Shown in pieces: positions 25,997 to 35,061 of a DNA stretch of 64,000 nucleotides (the stretch's first letter is position 1; the number at the start of each line of letters is the position of its first letter). This DNA is from a virus (lineage: Duplodnaviria > Heunggongvirae > Uroviricota > Caudoviricetes): IMG/VR virus record IMGVR_UViG_3300039452_000031. One strand, given 5' to 3'. A program made the position numbers and the translations under genes. The notes under the pieces are model-generated. The model searched no databases. It was not told where the DNA came from and was given only the letters and a program-made list of their open reading frames with translations.

Positions 25997-26605
25997 ATGC
26001 GCACCTACAATCCTACGAACATCGCCCACGCCTTCAGGGTCTCTCACGGTCAGGTAGTGGCCTGGGTCGAGAAGACGGACACCAACTTTGCCCTCTCCCT
26101 GAGGGCTCAGCTCAAGGCCTACGGCCGTCTGAGCGAACGGCAGTGCAGCGCCGTCATGGACATCGTGGAGCGTGATCGGGCTCGCCAGGCCAACCAGCAG
26201 AAGGTGTTGGACATCTCGCCCAAGGTCGAGGCCGCCCTTGTGGAAACCCTGTACGCGGCTTTTGCTACCGCCATGGAAAATGGCATCAAGCGTCCGCGCG
26301 TCACCATGGACGATATGGTGATCAAGCCTGCCCCGGTGACGGGCAACAACCCGGGCGCTTTGTACGTCACGGGCGTTGGTGGTCAGTATCTGGGCAAGGT
26401 CGTCAAGAACCACTTCGTCAAAGTTCCTTCCTGTACGGAAGAGGACGAGAAGCAGGTGCTGGCCCTTCTCTCAAATCCGCTGGAGGCCATGAAGGCCTAC
26501 GGCCAACGCACTGGTCGGTGCTGTATCTGTAGCAAGACTCTGACCAATGGGGAAAGCATTGAGGCCGGCATTGGTCCCATATGCGCTTCCAAGTTCGGCT
26601 TCTAG
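25997..26605 (+). CDS. hypothetical protein with C-terminal Cys cluster
   Basis: C-terminus GRCCICSKTL...GPICASKFGF. Confidence 0.5.
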   Translation: MRTYNPTNIAHAFRVSHGQVVAWVEKTDTNFALSLRAQLKAYGRLSERQCSAVMDIVERDRARQANQQKVLDISPKVEAALVETLYAAFATAMENGIKRPRVTMDDMVIKPAPVTGNNPGALYVTGVGGQYLGKVVKNHFVKVPSCTEEDEKQVLALLSNPLEAMKAYGQRTGRCCICSKTLTNGESIEAGIGPICASKFGF

Positions 26606-26615
26606 GGATAAGACT

Positions 26616-27137
26616 ATGAAAATCAAAGCCTTAGCTCGACTCCTCGCCTCTTGCAGGGATGCTACAGAAAATCTTCTCCTGTCTATGGCCAACGATCGGG
26701 CTTTCACTCGCAATGCGATGAGAGGCAACGCCCAACAGTTCGCGCTTCATGTAGTAAAACTGGGTCTGATCAAATTCGTACCCAGTCTTCAGCAATACCA
26801 GAACGGTTGGCTACGAGAATGCGCTGCCTGGGCTGACGATGCTCATAGCTATGCCACAATCTGTAAAGGTGGCAAAATCAGGGCCAACGATTGGGACGAA
26901 ACCTTCTTTGGGTGGTTCGCTGAGCCAGGGGTCGTCAAATTCATTTCCAGAAATCGAGACCTTCTACTACCTTCGCAGCAGAGTGCTAGTGTTCGTCAGG
27001 AACTCGCAACTGATGTATGGGGTCGTATGGAAATCCTGCAGAGGCGCCTTCAAGAATGGTTCTTGGCAAACAAGGATTTTGAACGGGACGACTTCTACTC
27101 GATCATGAAGAACGCCCTTGAACTTGGTGAGAACTGA
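26616..27137 (+). CDS. hypothetical protein, paralog B of the 25529 gene
   Basis: Shares the W..E...W.D.AH....KGGK....D..FF block. RBS TAGGGATAAG. Confidence 0.5.
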   Translation: MKIKALARLLASCRDATENLLLSMANDRAFTRNAMRGNAQQFALHVVKLGLIKFVPSLQQYQNGWLRECAAWADDAHSYATICKGGKIRANDWDETFFGWFAEPGVVKFISRNRDLLLPSQQSASVRQELATDVWGRMEILQRRLQEWFLANKDFERDDFYSIMKNALELGEN

Positions 27138-27140
27138 GCA

Positions 27141-27524
27141 ATGCGTAAACCCCTCTTCCCTTTCGATCTACCTGCGTATGTTGCCCTACAGCTGGTCGAG
27201 GCCTCCGAAGATTATCGTCAGACCTACGAAAAGCGTGTCGGCTACTCCCGCGTCGATCAGTTGTCTATTACAGGCACGGTCAATGAGGATCGAACTCTTG
27301 ACCTTGTTGCTTACATCGGAACCTTCGACGGCTTCGTGCACAGTGCGAACACCTTCTGGAAGAAGACGGTCAAGGTACCAGAGGCAACATTCAGTCGCTA
27401 TGTTGGTGCCGAGTTTGAAAGGCGCGCAACGGTAGAACTTAACGCCGAAGCTGAGGCCGAATGGAAGGCCAAGGTTCGGACACGCATTCAAGACCTTCAA
27501 GCAGAATTCAACATCAAGGAATAA
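27141..27524 (+). CDS. hypothetical protein
   Basis: 127-aa ORF. Confidence 0.45.
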   Translation: MRKPLFPFDLPAYVALQLVEASEDYRQTYEKRVGYSRVDQLSITGTVNEDRTLDLVAYIGTFDGFVHSANTFWKKTVKVPEATFSRYVGAEFERRATVELNAEAEAEWKAKVRTRIQDLQAEFNIKE

Positions 27525-27526
27525 CC

Positions 27527-28087
27527 ATGGCCAAGCCTTTCTACTCCTCTACTCATCAATTTCGTTTCGAGATGTCCTTGACCCAGACACGCTACTGCGT
27601 GGACGCCGTGATCCAATACGTGTTGGAAACCCATGCTGATCGGGAAAAGGTAGAACCTTTTGTGCGTGCATTGTCGAATGCACCCTACACTTCGATAGCT
27701 AAACTACTGTTACCAGATGAACTTAAGACTATCGTGGCCTTGACGACCCCTAGCAAGGTCATGACCCTAAACGAGGTTAACTCGTTTCTGAAAACTCAAA
27801 TGGATTATGAGTTCTATGGGGCGTCAAAGATGTCTGTGGCCAAAATTCTGGCCATGTTGAAAGCCAATCCGAAGATCAGTGCCTACGTAGCCAAGCAGTC
27901 TGAGCTTCAAAAGGCGGCTGCGCAAAAGAAGGCCGAAGAACGGGAGCACCATAAGGCCAAGAACGAGGCTGCTGAGGCAAATCGTGCTGTGGCCTATCTT
28001 CGTGGGTTGGGTCTTGAGATCGAAGCCGAAGCCTTCAAGGCTCTGGTGGCCAAGAAGGCTAAGGTGACAAAGAAGAGTCGGAAATAA
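27527..28087 (+). CDS. hypothetical protein with Lys-rich coiled-coil C-terminus
   Basis: ATG 3 nt after the upstream stop. Confidence 0.5.
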   Translation: MAKPFYSSTHQFRFEMSLTQTRYCVDAVIQYVLETHADREKVEPFVRALSNAPYTSIAKLLLPDELKTIVALTTPSKVMTLNEVNSFLKTQMDYEFYGASKMSVAKILAMLKANPKISAYVAKQSELQKAAAQKKAEEREHHKAKNEAAEANRAVAYLRGLGLEIEAEAFKALVAKKAKVTKKSRK

Positions 28088-28284
28088 TGTACACGCTCAT
28101 TCTGTCAATAGTCGCCTACCCAGGCTACCATGTCTATCACGTTCCGGGCTTCGATAGTCATGAAGCGGCTAAGCAAGCAGGAGACCTTTGGGTCCAGTCC
28201 ACTGGATTGATTAGTTCCTCAGCCAAGTTCGTTGTCGTTCCCATGTCTCTGACTGCATATGGGAGCACCGATGCTAAAGCTTGA
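28087..28284 (+). CDS. hypothetical small protein
   Basis: 65-aa ORF with ATAATG stop-start overlap. Confidence 0.35.
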   Translation: MYTLILSIVAYPGYHVYHVPGFDSHEAAKQAGDLWVQSTGLISSSAKFVVVPMSLTAYGSTDAKA

Positions 28285-28489
28285 AGACTGGGATTGGTTT
28301 CGAGACGAGAGTGGGGAACTGATTCAAAATCCAGACCTTCTCCATCCGGAGATCAAAATTCCTGAGGTGGTGAATACCGTTCAGGTTGCCTACGACGGCG
28401 GACGCATATACATCAAGGTCAACGATCAGATCCTGTACGAGAACCTTGACGCAGGCCGTGACTTCACGATCACCATAGATAAGGAGTAA
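28259..28489 (+). CDS. hypothetical small protein
   Basis: 76-aa ORF; the start is ambiguous (ATG 28259 or 28271). Confidence 0.35.
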   Translation: MGAPMLKLEDWDWFRDESGELIQNPDLLHPEIKIPEVVNTVQVAYDGGRIYIKVNDQILYENLDAGRDFTITIDKE

Positions 28490-28608
28490 GTATGCCCAAG
28501 GCTTTTGCCTCATCTCTATTCACGAAGTCCCTATTCGGTCTTTAAGTTCCCTAACCCGATCGTCGCCGTATTAAGGACGGTCGTTTTCAACCTCCATAGG
28601 AGATTCAA

Positions 28609-29337
28609 ATGTCCAAGCCTTCCCCTAAGCAACTCACCCTTCACATCCTCTCCCAATCGTTTCAAGCCGGCAATCGTATGCTGGCTACCCGAGCCAGTCG
28701 TCTTGAGGAATCCGAGAAGGGTTCATGGCCGTATGCCTTCCAAAGCGTCATGTTGGCTCAGCAAATTCGCATCGAGACCCTGGAACGCATCGTTGATGCT
28801 CTGCTCACGCACGCGAACCTCCCCGTGGACACCAACCACCAGCTGCCTATCTTTGGCGAGGAGGAAATTGATGTCGGCGAAGAGGACGTAGACGAAATGT
28901 TCGCCGACATGGATGGTGACGACATCAAGAGCCTGGCCTTGTCGGCCGACAGCCCTTACATGGAGACTCGTCGTCCGCTGGATGGTCAGAAGGTGACGGT
29001 AAGGTTGCAAGTCACCGACGTGTTTGCCTTTCATACGGCTCTATTCAACCACAAGGTATGCGCTCGAACTATGGACCGCGCAGCCTTCAACATCGGCACC
29101 ACTAAGGTGTTGGTCCTGGAATTTCTCAATCTTCTGACTAAGACCAACGTTGGGGTTTTCGATAAAGGTGTGGCGCTGTCCATGAATCTTGATGGCCGTC
29201 TTTCTGACGAGGACATCGATAAGCTGATGGACATCTTTCACGGAAAAATCTGGTGTTCGGATGAGCACTCCAAGCAGCAGGTGATGTCGGCCATCATGAA
29301 TATTCTTTTGGCCTTCACCGAACTGGTCGTCGTCTAA
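28609..29337 (+). CDS. hypothetical protein
   Basis: 242-aa ORF with RBS GGAGATTCAA. Confidence 0.5.
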   Translation: MSKPSPKQLTLHILSQSFQAGNRMLATRASRLEESEKGSWPYAFQSVMLAQQIRIETLERIVDALLTHANLPVDTNHQLPIFGEEEIDVGEEDVDEMFADMDGDDIKSLALSADSPYMETRRPLDGQKVTVRLQVTDVFAFHTALFNHKVCARTMDRAAFNIGTTKVLVLEFLNLLTKTNVGVFDKGVALSMNLDGRLSDEDIDKLMDIFHGKIWCSDEHSKQQVMSAIMNILLAFTELVVV

Positions 29338-29353
29338 TCCAAGGGAGCAGAAC

Positions 29354-29755
29354 ATGAATATCGAATACGTAGGCCGAGGTACGGTTTTCCTCATCGGCAA
29401 TCAGGACCACAATCTGTGGGCCTACTTTGTCGAAGGTGAGGACATTACTGTCACCGAACGCTTCACCAAAGCCTCGTTCTTTCCTTCCCTGAAGGAAGCT
29501 CGTGCCGCCCTTAACTATTGCCAAGAAAGTATTGAACGCCAAGACTTTCCACGTGGCGCGACTGGAACCAAGCTGTTCAACTTCTGGCAGGAGGCCAAGG
29601 TCTGGGTCGTGCCTTTCAAGATTCGTGACGTGGTGAACAAGGCTAAGATCACAAGGGCACCTCGAACGACTCGCAAGCCTGCGGCAAAGACCTCAGCGCG
29701 ACGCCCTGCAACTAAGGCAGCTCGTGTTCGTGAAGCGCGAGCATCTAAGACTTAA
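29354..29755 (+). CDS. hypothetical protein with basic C-tail
   Basis: RBS AAGGGAGCAGAAC. Confidence 0.5.
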   Translation: MNIEYVGRGTVFLIGNQDHNLWAYFVEGEDITVTERFTKASFFPSLKEARAALNYCQESIERQDFPRGATGTKLFNFWQEAKVWVVPFKIRDVVNKAKITRAPRTTRKPAAKTSARRPATKAARVREARASKT

Positions 29756-29767
29756 AGGCGGTAGAAA

Positions 29768-30406
29768 ATGCTCAACTCGCAAGTTATTCGTGGTCGCCAA
29801 GTTCCGTTCCCTGCCTTTGCGGCTGAACGTGTCTACATGAAGCCCTTCTTCCAAGCCCAAGGCTTAGGTAAGGAGCTTGCACACTGGCAGCCCACCGTGG
29901 ACGCAATGTTGACCAACATCAAGACCGACAAACCGATCTATTTGATGATCGACCAGCGGGAAGTTTCCCGAGGCGAAATTCATCGTCGTCCTGGGGCCCA
30001 CACTGACGGCAACTGGATTGCGAATATCAGTACCCATGGAAGTCCGGGCCACAGTCAGGGTGGTGGCGGTCGACATGGAGGAGGCAGACATGGAGGAGGC
30101 AGACATATCAATGCCTCGGGCTATCACGATGGTCACAGCATTCGACGTGATGAAGGTTTCCGTGCCAAAGGTGATCTGCTTCTGTTGGCCTCCGACGTTA
30201 TGGGCTGCGAAGCCCTTGTCGGTAAGATCAATGGCTATCCTGACGAGCAGGGATCAGTAGATCATCTGGACCTCTCAGGTCTTCGTGCCGTTCCGATGAC
30301 CCAGGGCTACGTCTGGTACGGTGACGCCTTGCAGTTGGTGCATCGCTCCCTTCCACAGCGCTTCAGCGGTCCTCGCACCGTCGTCCGTCTCAACGTTACC
30401 CAATAA
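29768..30406 (+). CDS. hypothetical protein with (G)GGRH x3 repeat
   Basis: GGGGRHGGGRHGGGRH, encoded by a 15-nt DNA tandem repeat at about 30058-30105. Confidence 0.5.
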   Translation: MLNSQVIRGRQVPFPAFAAERVYMKPFFQAQGLGKELAHWQPTVDAMLTNIKTDKPIYLMIDQREVSRGEIHRRPGAHTDGNWIANISTHGSPGHSQGGGGRHGGGRHGGGRHINASGYHDGHSIRRDEGFRAKGDLLLLASDVMGCEALVGKINGYPDEQGSVDHLDLSGLRAVPMTQGYVWYGDALQLVHRSLPQRFSGPRTVVRLNVTQ

Positions 30407-30417
30407 ATAGGAACAGT

Positions 30418-30939
30418 ATGTCATTCGATCTCGATACCTTCTTGGCAAAGCTAGTGGCCTACAATTCAGATCGCGTCCGCGATTCCTTCATTGAGGACAC
30501 GATCAAGGAACTGGAGGCCTCCATTGGCGATGACGAAGAGGAGGCCGTGACTGATTTGGAGGTGGTCAATAAGTTCTATAATCTGGGACTCGACGAGGTC
30601 CAGATCATGGCCTACACGGCTATCGCGCATCGAGCCTTTCAGCGTGCGGTCAACATCGTTGATTCCCTTCAGCGGAAAGCCAGACCTCTCTCCAAAATCG
30701 CTGACGAATTCGTCTACACCGAGCAACTTCGGGCCCGAAACGAAATTAACAAGATTGCGGTCTTCGTGGCCGACGGTGCGTCGTCACTCGACAAGGTTTC
30801 CATCGAGGCCAAGGAGATGATTCGGCAGGGCACCCCTCGCTTTGAGGTCGTGAAGTTCCTTCGAGACCGTCTGGCTCTCTCCCTAAGAGAGTCACTGGAT
30901 CTTCAAGAGCGTCTGGTTCTTGAGGTTCGCCTACCGTGA
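30418..30939 (+). CDS. hypothetical protein
   Basis: 173-aa ORF. Confidence 0.5.
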   Translation: MSFDLDTFLAKLVAYNSDRVRDSFIEDTIKELEASIGDDEEEAVTDLEVVNKFYNLGLDEVQIMAYTAIAHRAFQRAVNIVDSLQRKARPLSKIADEFVYTEQLRARNEINKIAVFVADGASSLDKVSIEAKEMIRQGTPRFEVVKFLRDRLALSLRESLDLQERLVLEVRLP

Positions 30940-31247
30940 AGTCCAAGCGACAGAAGCAACTGGAAGCCCAGTACCGTCTGCTGACTTCCTCCATGCGGCT
31001 TCTCCAGACCCAACTCGAACAGGCAGGAAGAAGCGAGTTCGACAACTATAAATCCTTCAAAGAGGCCCGCAATAGCCTGCAGGTCGATTTGGCGGAGAAG
31101 AGGGCCTTACGCGATAGGATTGACTTCATTCTCCGAGCCGAGGGCTTCTGGTACACTGAAGGACGCATCCGAACCTTCCTTTTCAACAAGGACGAGCACG
31201 AACACCTAATGGTGGAACAATCCGCTCCACATAACAAACTTCCTTAG
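30936..31247 (+). CDS. hypothetical coiled-coil protein
   Basis: GTGA overlap with the upstream gene. Confidence 0.45.
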   Translation: MKSKRQKQLEAQYRLLTSSMRLLQTQLEQAGRSEFDNYKSFKEARNSLQVDLAEKRALRDRIDFILRAEGFWYTEGRIRTFLFNKDEHEHLMVEQSAPHNKLP

Positions 31248-31280
31248 GACTTCTGGTCCTCATAACTCTGAAAGGCAATC

Positions 31281-31547
31281 ATGAAGATTAAGACCCGAAT
31301 CCTCATCTCCCTGGCCGTAACCATTGTGTTGGTCCTCATTCATCGTCTACTTGCGCCTGCTACACAACTGGCAGGTGAGCAGGTGACAGTGAACCAGATG
31401 AACAATACCGACTCACCGGCCATCACGGCCATGGCGGTCGGTAACGGCGTGGGCATCCTAGACTGGCTTCTACTCCTAGTCTGGGTCATCGGCATGCTCT
31501 TCATCTGGAAGTCGATTCGTAACCAAAAGCAAGACAAGAAAGACTGA
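31281..31547 (+). CDS. small membrane protein (two predicted TM helices)
   Basis: ILISLAVTIVLVLI... and WLLLLVWVIGMLFIW. Confidence 0.5.
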   Translation: MKIKTRILISLAVTIVLVLIHRLLAPATQLAGEQVTVNQMNNTDSPAITAMAVGNGVGILDWLLLLVWVIGMLFIWKSIRNQKQDKKD

Positions 31548-31549
31548 AC

Positions 31550-32482
31550 ATGAAACTCACCGCACTTTTTCTGGCCTCCATTCTGACTCTCCTCACCGGC
31601 TGCTCCCCCAGGGCGCCCAAGAACGAATACGCGGAAGTGGCTCCCAACGAGACTGCCTTCCTTATCGCTCTAGATGGCAACACGAAGGATAAGCAACAGA
31701 AGCTGGATTCTGTAGCCTATTTGGAGAGCAACAAGGTGCAGGCCAAGCGGGTTATGATTACCCACATCAACATCAACAAGTGTCCGGACGCCATGCTTGG
31801 TTGCTGGGATGACGTGCCAAGCGTCAAGCTGCTGAAGATTTCCCGGACCCCGGTCTCCAGGGAATGGACATCGAGCACTACAACCGGCACTTCTGCCGCT
31901 GACGAGTCGTTCCATGTGGGCTCGCTGGATTCCATCGCCTTCTCTTACGGGGCAACGATCACTGCACATATCGACGAGGCCAACACGGCGCAGTTCCTGT
32001 ACTCGTTTGCCGGTACGCAGCTGTCGGCCATCATGGACTCCACGATTCGCTCCTACATCGGCAGTGCTTTGTCTCACGAGTTCGCAGACTTGACGGTTGC
32101 CCAAGGCGCAGCTCAGAAGGTGAAAATCTTCTCCAAAGTCTTTGCGGACGCCAAGCAACACTTTGCAGCCCAAGGCATCACAATCGACAACTTTGGATTC
32201 CTGGACGTCATGCACTATGACGATGAGGCCATTCAGCAGGCAATCAACAAGAAGTTCGAAGCCGACATGCAGATCCAGATCGCTGATGCCCAAGTGATGG
32301 CGGCCCAAAAGTTTGCGGCCGCCAAGGACTCAATCATGCAGATGCAGGCCGTGGAGAATGCCAAGAAGTTGACTGATGCCCAGGCTCACATGATGCTTTC
32401 CTGGGATGGTCACTCTATGCCTCAGTACCTGAACGGCAGCGACTCCATGTTCTCGCCTATGTTCTACGCACCGAAGAAGTAA
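31550..32482 (+). CDS. lipoprotein (lipobox LLTGC)
   Basis: N-terminus MKLTALFLASILTLLTGCSP has signal peptide plus lipobox. ATG 3 nt after the upstream stop. Confidence 0.55.
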   Translation: MKLTALFLASILTLLTGCSPRAPKNEYAEVAPNETAFLIALDGNTKDKQQKLDSVAYLESNKVQAKRVMITHININKCPDAMLGCWDDVPSVKLLKISRTPVSREWTSSTTTGTSAADESFHVGSLDSIAFSYGATITAHIDEANTAQFLYSFAGTQLSAIMDSTIRSYIGSALSHEFADLTVAQGAAQKVKIFSKVFADAKQHFAAQGITIDNFGFLDVMHYDDEAIQQAINKKFEADMQIQIADAQVMAAQKFAAAKDSIMQMQAVENAKKLTDAQAHMMLSWDGHSMPQYLNGSDSMFSPMFYAPKK

Positions 32483-32794
32483 GGCCTGATAGGGGAGTCC
32501 AAGCGGCTCCTCTTTCCACATCCAACCTAGGGAGACGACAATGACTACCGGATTTCGTTGGGGCCCTGACCATGGCGTCTGATGCGCCTAGGCGTTGTGG
32601 GCGACCGAGACAAATCGGCTTCAAGCATGTTATAGATGCTATAGAAGCCAAGCCTCCTGGCCCAGCACGCAATGTCCACATCATCAGTACCCTAGGTCGG
32701 CTCAACCGTCACCTAACGCAAGCCCAGCTGGTCAAGTGGCCTAGGCTGGAAGCCTCGTTCGAGGCCGACATCAAACGTCTTGAAAGCCTACTTC

Positions 32795-33352
32795 ATGGAC
32801 CTCTTAAGAGAACAAGACATTCAGATTCCGAATCTTGAGGAAGTGATTCGTTTCACGGCCTCAGCCCATGCAGGTCAGGTACGCAAGTACACAGGCGAGG
32901 CCTACATTGTGCATCCGGCTGAAGTTGCAGGTTGGACAGCGTCGGCCTTCGTCAACGACCCGCTCCCTCAGGTTCCTGCTGCCTTGGCTATCGCTGTCGC
33001 ATGGGGTCACGACCTCATTGAGGACACGATGAAGCACCTGACGGTTAAGCAGCGTGAGGCTCTCCTGACAGCCAAGTTTGGTCCTCACTTTGCCTACGGC
33101 GTGATGAGCCTATCCGACCTTGAGGAAGGTAACCGTGCTGCACGCAAAGCTGCAGGCGTGGGGCGGCTGGCCTCCTTGCCCGGTTGGCTTCAGACCATCA
33201 AGTGTGCGGATTCGATCTCCAACACGCGAAGCATTCGTCACCATGACCCCAAGTTCTGGCCTACTTATAGGGACGAGAAGCTGGCACTCATTCCCAGGCT
33301 TACGAAGGCCGATCCCTTTCTCCACGCACTGGCACTCTCACTTCTGGAGTAA
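32795..33352 (+). CDS. HD-domain (p)ppGpp hydrolase, SpoT/Rel/Mesh1 hydrolase-domain-like
   Basis: FTASAHAGQVRKYTGEAYIVHPAEVA ... AVAWGHDLIEDT ... IKCADSISNTRSI matches the Rel/SpoT HD signature (H...HD...ED...D). The ORF track gives a TTG at 32780; ATG 32795 is preferred. Confidence 0.6.
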   Translation: MDLLREQDIQIPNLEEVIRFTASAHAGQVRKYTGEAYIVHPAEVAGWTASAFVNDPLPQVPAALAIAVAWGHDLIEDTMKHLTVKQREALLTAKFGPHFAYGVMSLSDLEEGNRAARKAAGVGRLASLPGWLQTIKCADSISNTRSIRHHDPKFWPTYRDEKLALIPRLTKADPFLHALALSLLE

Positions 33353-33355
33353 GGT

Positions 33356-33766
33356 ATGGAATGCAATCTGACCCAAGAACGAATTCGGAGCGTCTTTCTC
33401 GCTCACGGCTTCACGATCAAAGAAGGCCATGCCGATCTGAAGCCTTACGTGTATGAGGCAGCCAAGGCCTTGATCGAGGCCTCACTAGCGGACTATGTGT
33501 TGACCAAGAAACCTGAGGTCACGGCCTTGATGCAGATGGCCCGAGCCATGCGCCTTGCCACGCCTGACTTCTACGATACGGCCTACAAGACATTGCAGAC
33601 CGCCCTCTACGGTTTCCTGACCCAGATTCCCAAAGAGGAGGACCTTCGTCAGGTCGGAATCTTGCACGTTGACGATCAAGTTGGCAGACAAGTTAGGTGG
33701 CTGATTCACGATATGCCTGATGACTCTCCGCTGTTTGCCCACAAGATTCACAAGGTTCACAAATGA
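33356..33766 (+). CDS. hypothetical protein
   Basis: 136-aa ORF. Confidence 0.45.
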   Translation: MECNLTQERIRSVFLAHGFTIKEGHADLKPYVYEAAKALIEASLADYVLTKKPEVTALMQMARAMRLATPDFYDTAYKTLQTALYGFLTQIPKEEDLRQVGILHVDDQVGRQVRWLIHDMPDDSPLFAHKIHKVHK

Positions 33767-35052
33767 CGGCCGACACCAACACTGCCTTAAGGCGGGCTCC
33801 CCACAAGAGCCATTGGATGCTCTACCAGACCTACGGCTCGCATCTCTACGGCATGCAATCGGCCGCCAGCGACTGGGATCGCAAGATCATCTACGTCCCG
33901 CAGGAGAGGGACGTGCTGCTTGGTCATCGCCTCTTGACCATCAGGCATCGTTACGATGCAGAAGGCAACCGCATTCACGATCAGGATCCCGTTCCGCCCG
34001 GAGGAGAGGAGCTGGAGTTCATCCCAGTCCAGAAGTTCGTCTTCGACTTTCTGGAAGGCTCCACATACGCCGTGGAGATGGTGCAAGCCTTCAAGGCCTC
34101 TGAGGCCAAGGTCTCTGGCGACCCGCATCTCATTTATCAGACCTTGGCCCTTATGTCAGCGCTGACGGGTATGCGTCACCAGCACGTCAAGAGCATGGTT
34201 GAGTTTGCATCCAAGCAGGTCTACGACTATGTGCATCGTGGTCAGCGCATGGCCTTGGCTGAGAAGGTGCTGTGGGCTGTAAACACAATCGATGCCCTGC
34301 ACGCACAGACTGACTCTGACGTTCGACCCGTGCGCTTGAAGTCTGCCTGGGAGGAAACAACCGTTCTCGATTTTCTGGCCGAGAAGTACGGATTGAAGAT
34401 CGGCCAGACGGAGAACAACGGGCAGCCGTTTCGAACCCTAGTCGTCAACGATAGGGATTATGTGGAAACTGTACCGCTCTACGACCTCGTCGACTCCCTG
34501 ACTAGGATGATCAAGTCCTACGGCAAGCGCTCGTCGGAGGCAGCCAAGGAAGAAGTGGACTGGAAGTCTTTGGCTCACGCTGTTCGGGTCTATGAGCAGG
34601 TCGAGCAGTATCTGTGCCAAGGCCAGATCACCTTTCCGAGGCCTAACGCCGAATGGCTTAGGGACATCAAGTTGGGTCTTATCCCCGTAGAAGAGGTGAA
34701 GGCCCACCTAGTGAACATGGAGAATCGGGTCAAGGCCTTGATAGAGTCCCCGAAGTACCAGTTCTTCGATACCCGTAGTCGAGCTGATCTTCAGCTATGG
34801 GGCGAGCGCATTCTTTTCCTCTTCCTGAAGAGTTTCTACTTCGGTAAGCCGTCTGAGTCTAAGTCGAATGTCTTTGGTGCATTTCGAATTCCGGAGACGA
34901 GCTATAAGACAGTTCAGGTTGTGGAACGCGCGATCTACGTCTGTCCAGACAGGGACATCGAGTGTGGCCCATATGCAGCGAACTGGTGTACTGGCTGCCC
35001 TCATTGGCTTCGAACCTTGCCAGAGGATGACGGATCATCTGCTCTAGACTAG
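33763..35052 (+). CDS. predicted nucleotidyltransferase (RNA-repair-pathway Pol-beta superfamily-like)
   Basis: N-terminus MLYQTYGSHLYGMQSAASDWDRKIIYV fits the GSxxYG...SDxD signature. C-terminal Cys cluster CGPYAANWCTGCPHW. Confidence 0.45.
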   Translation: MTADTNTALRRAPHKSHWMLYQTYGSHLYGMQSAASDWDRKIIYVPQERDVLLGHRLLTIRHRYDAEGNRIHDQDPVPPGGEELEFIPVQKFVFDFLEGSTYAVEMVQAFKASEAKVSGDPHLIYQTLALMSALTGMRHQHVKSMVEFASKQVYDYVHRGQRMALAEKVLWAVNTIDALHAQTDSDVRPVRLKSAWEETTVLDFLAEKYGLKIGQTENNGQPFRTLVVNDRDYVETVPLYDLVDSLTRMIKSYGKRSSEAAKEEVDWKSLAHAVRVYEQVEQYLCQGQITFPRPNAEWLRDIKLGLIPVEEVKAHLVNMENRVKALIESPKYQFFDTRSRADLQLWGERILFLFLKSFYFGKPSESKSNVFGAFRIPETSYKTVQVVERAIYVCPDRDIECGPYAANWCTGCPHWLRTLPEDDGSSALD

Positions 35053-35061
35053 GAGGTTTAG

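Noticed and set aside
31550-32482. SPFH/band-7 domain in the lipoprotein
   Set aside because: There is only a vague A/Q-rich helical C-terminus (AQKFAAAKDS...). No specific SPFH motif can be supported by eye.
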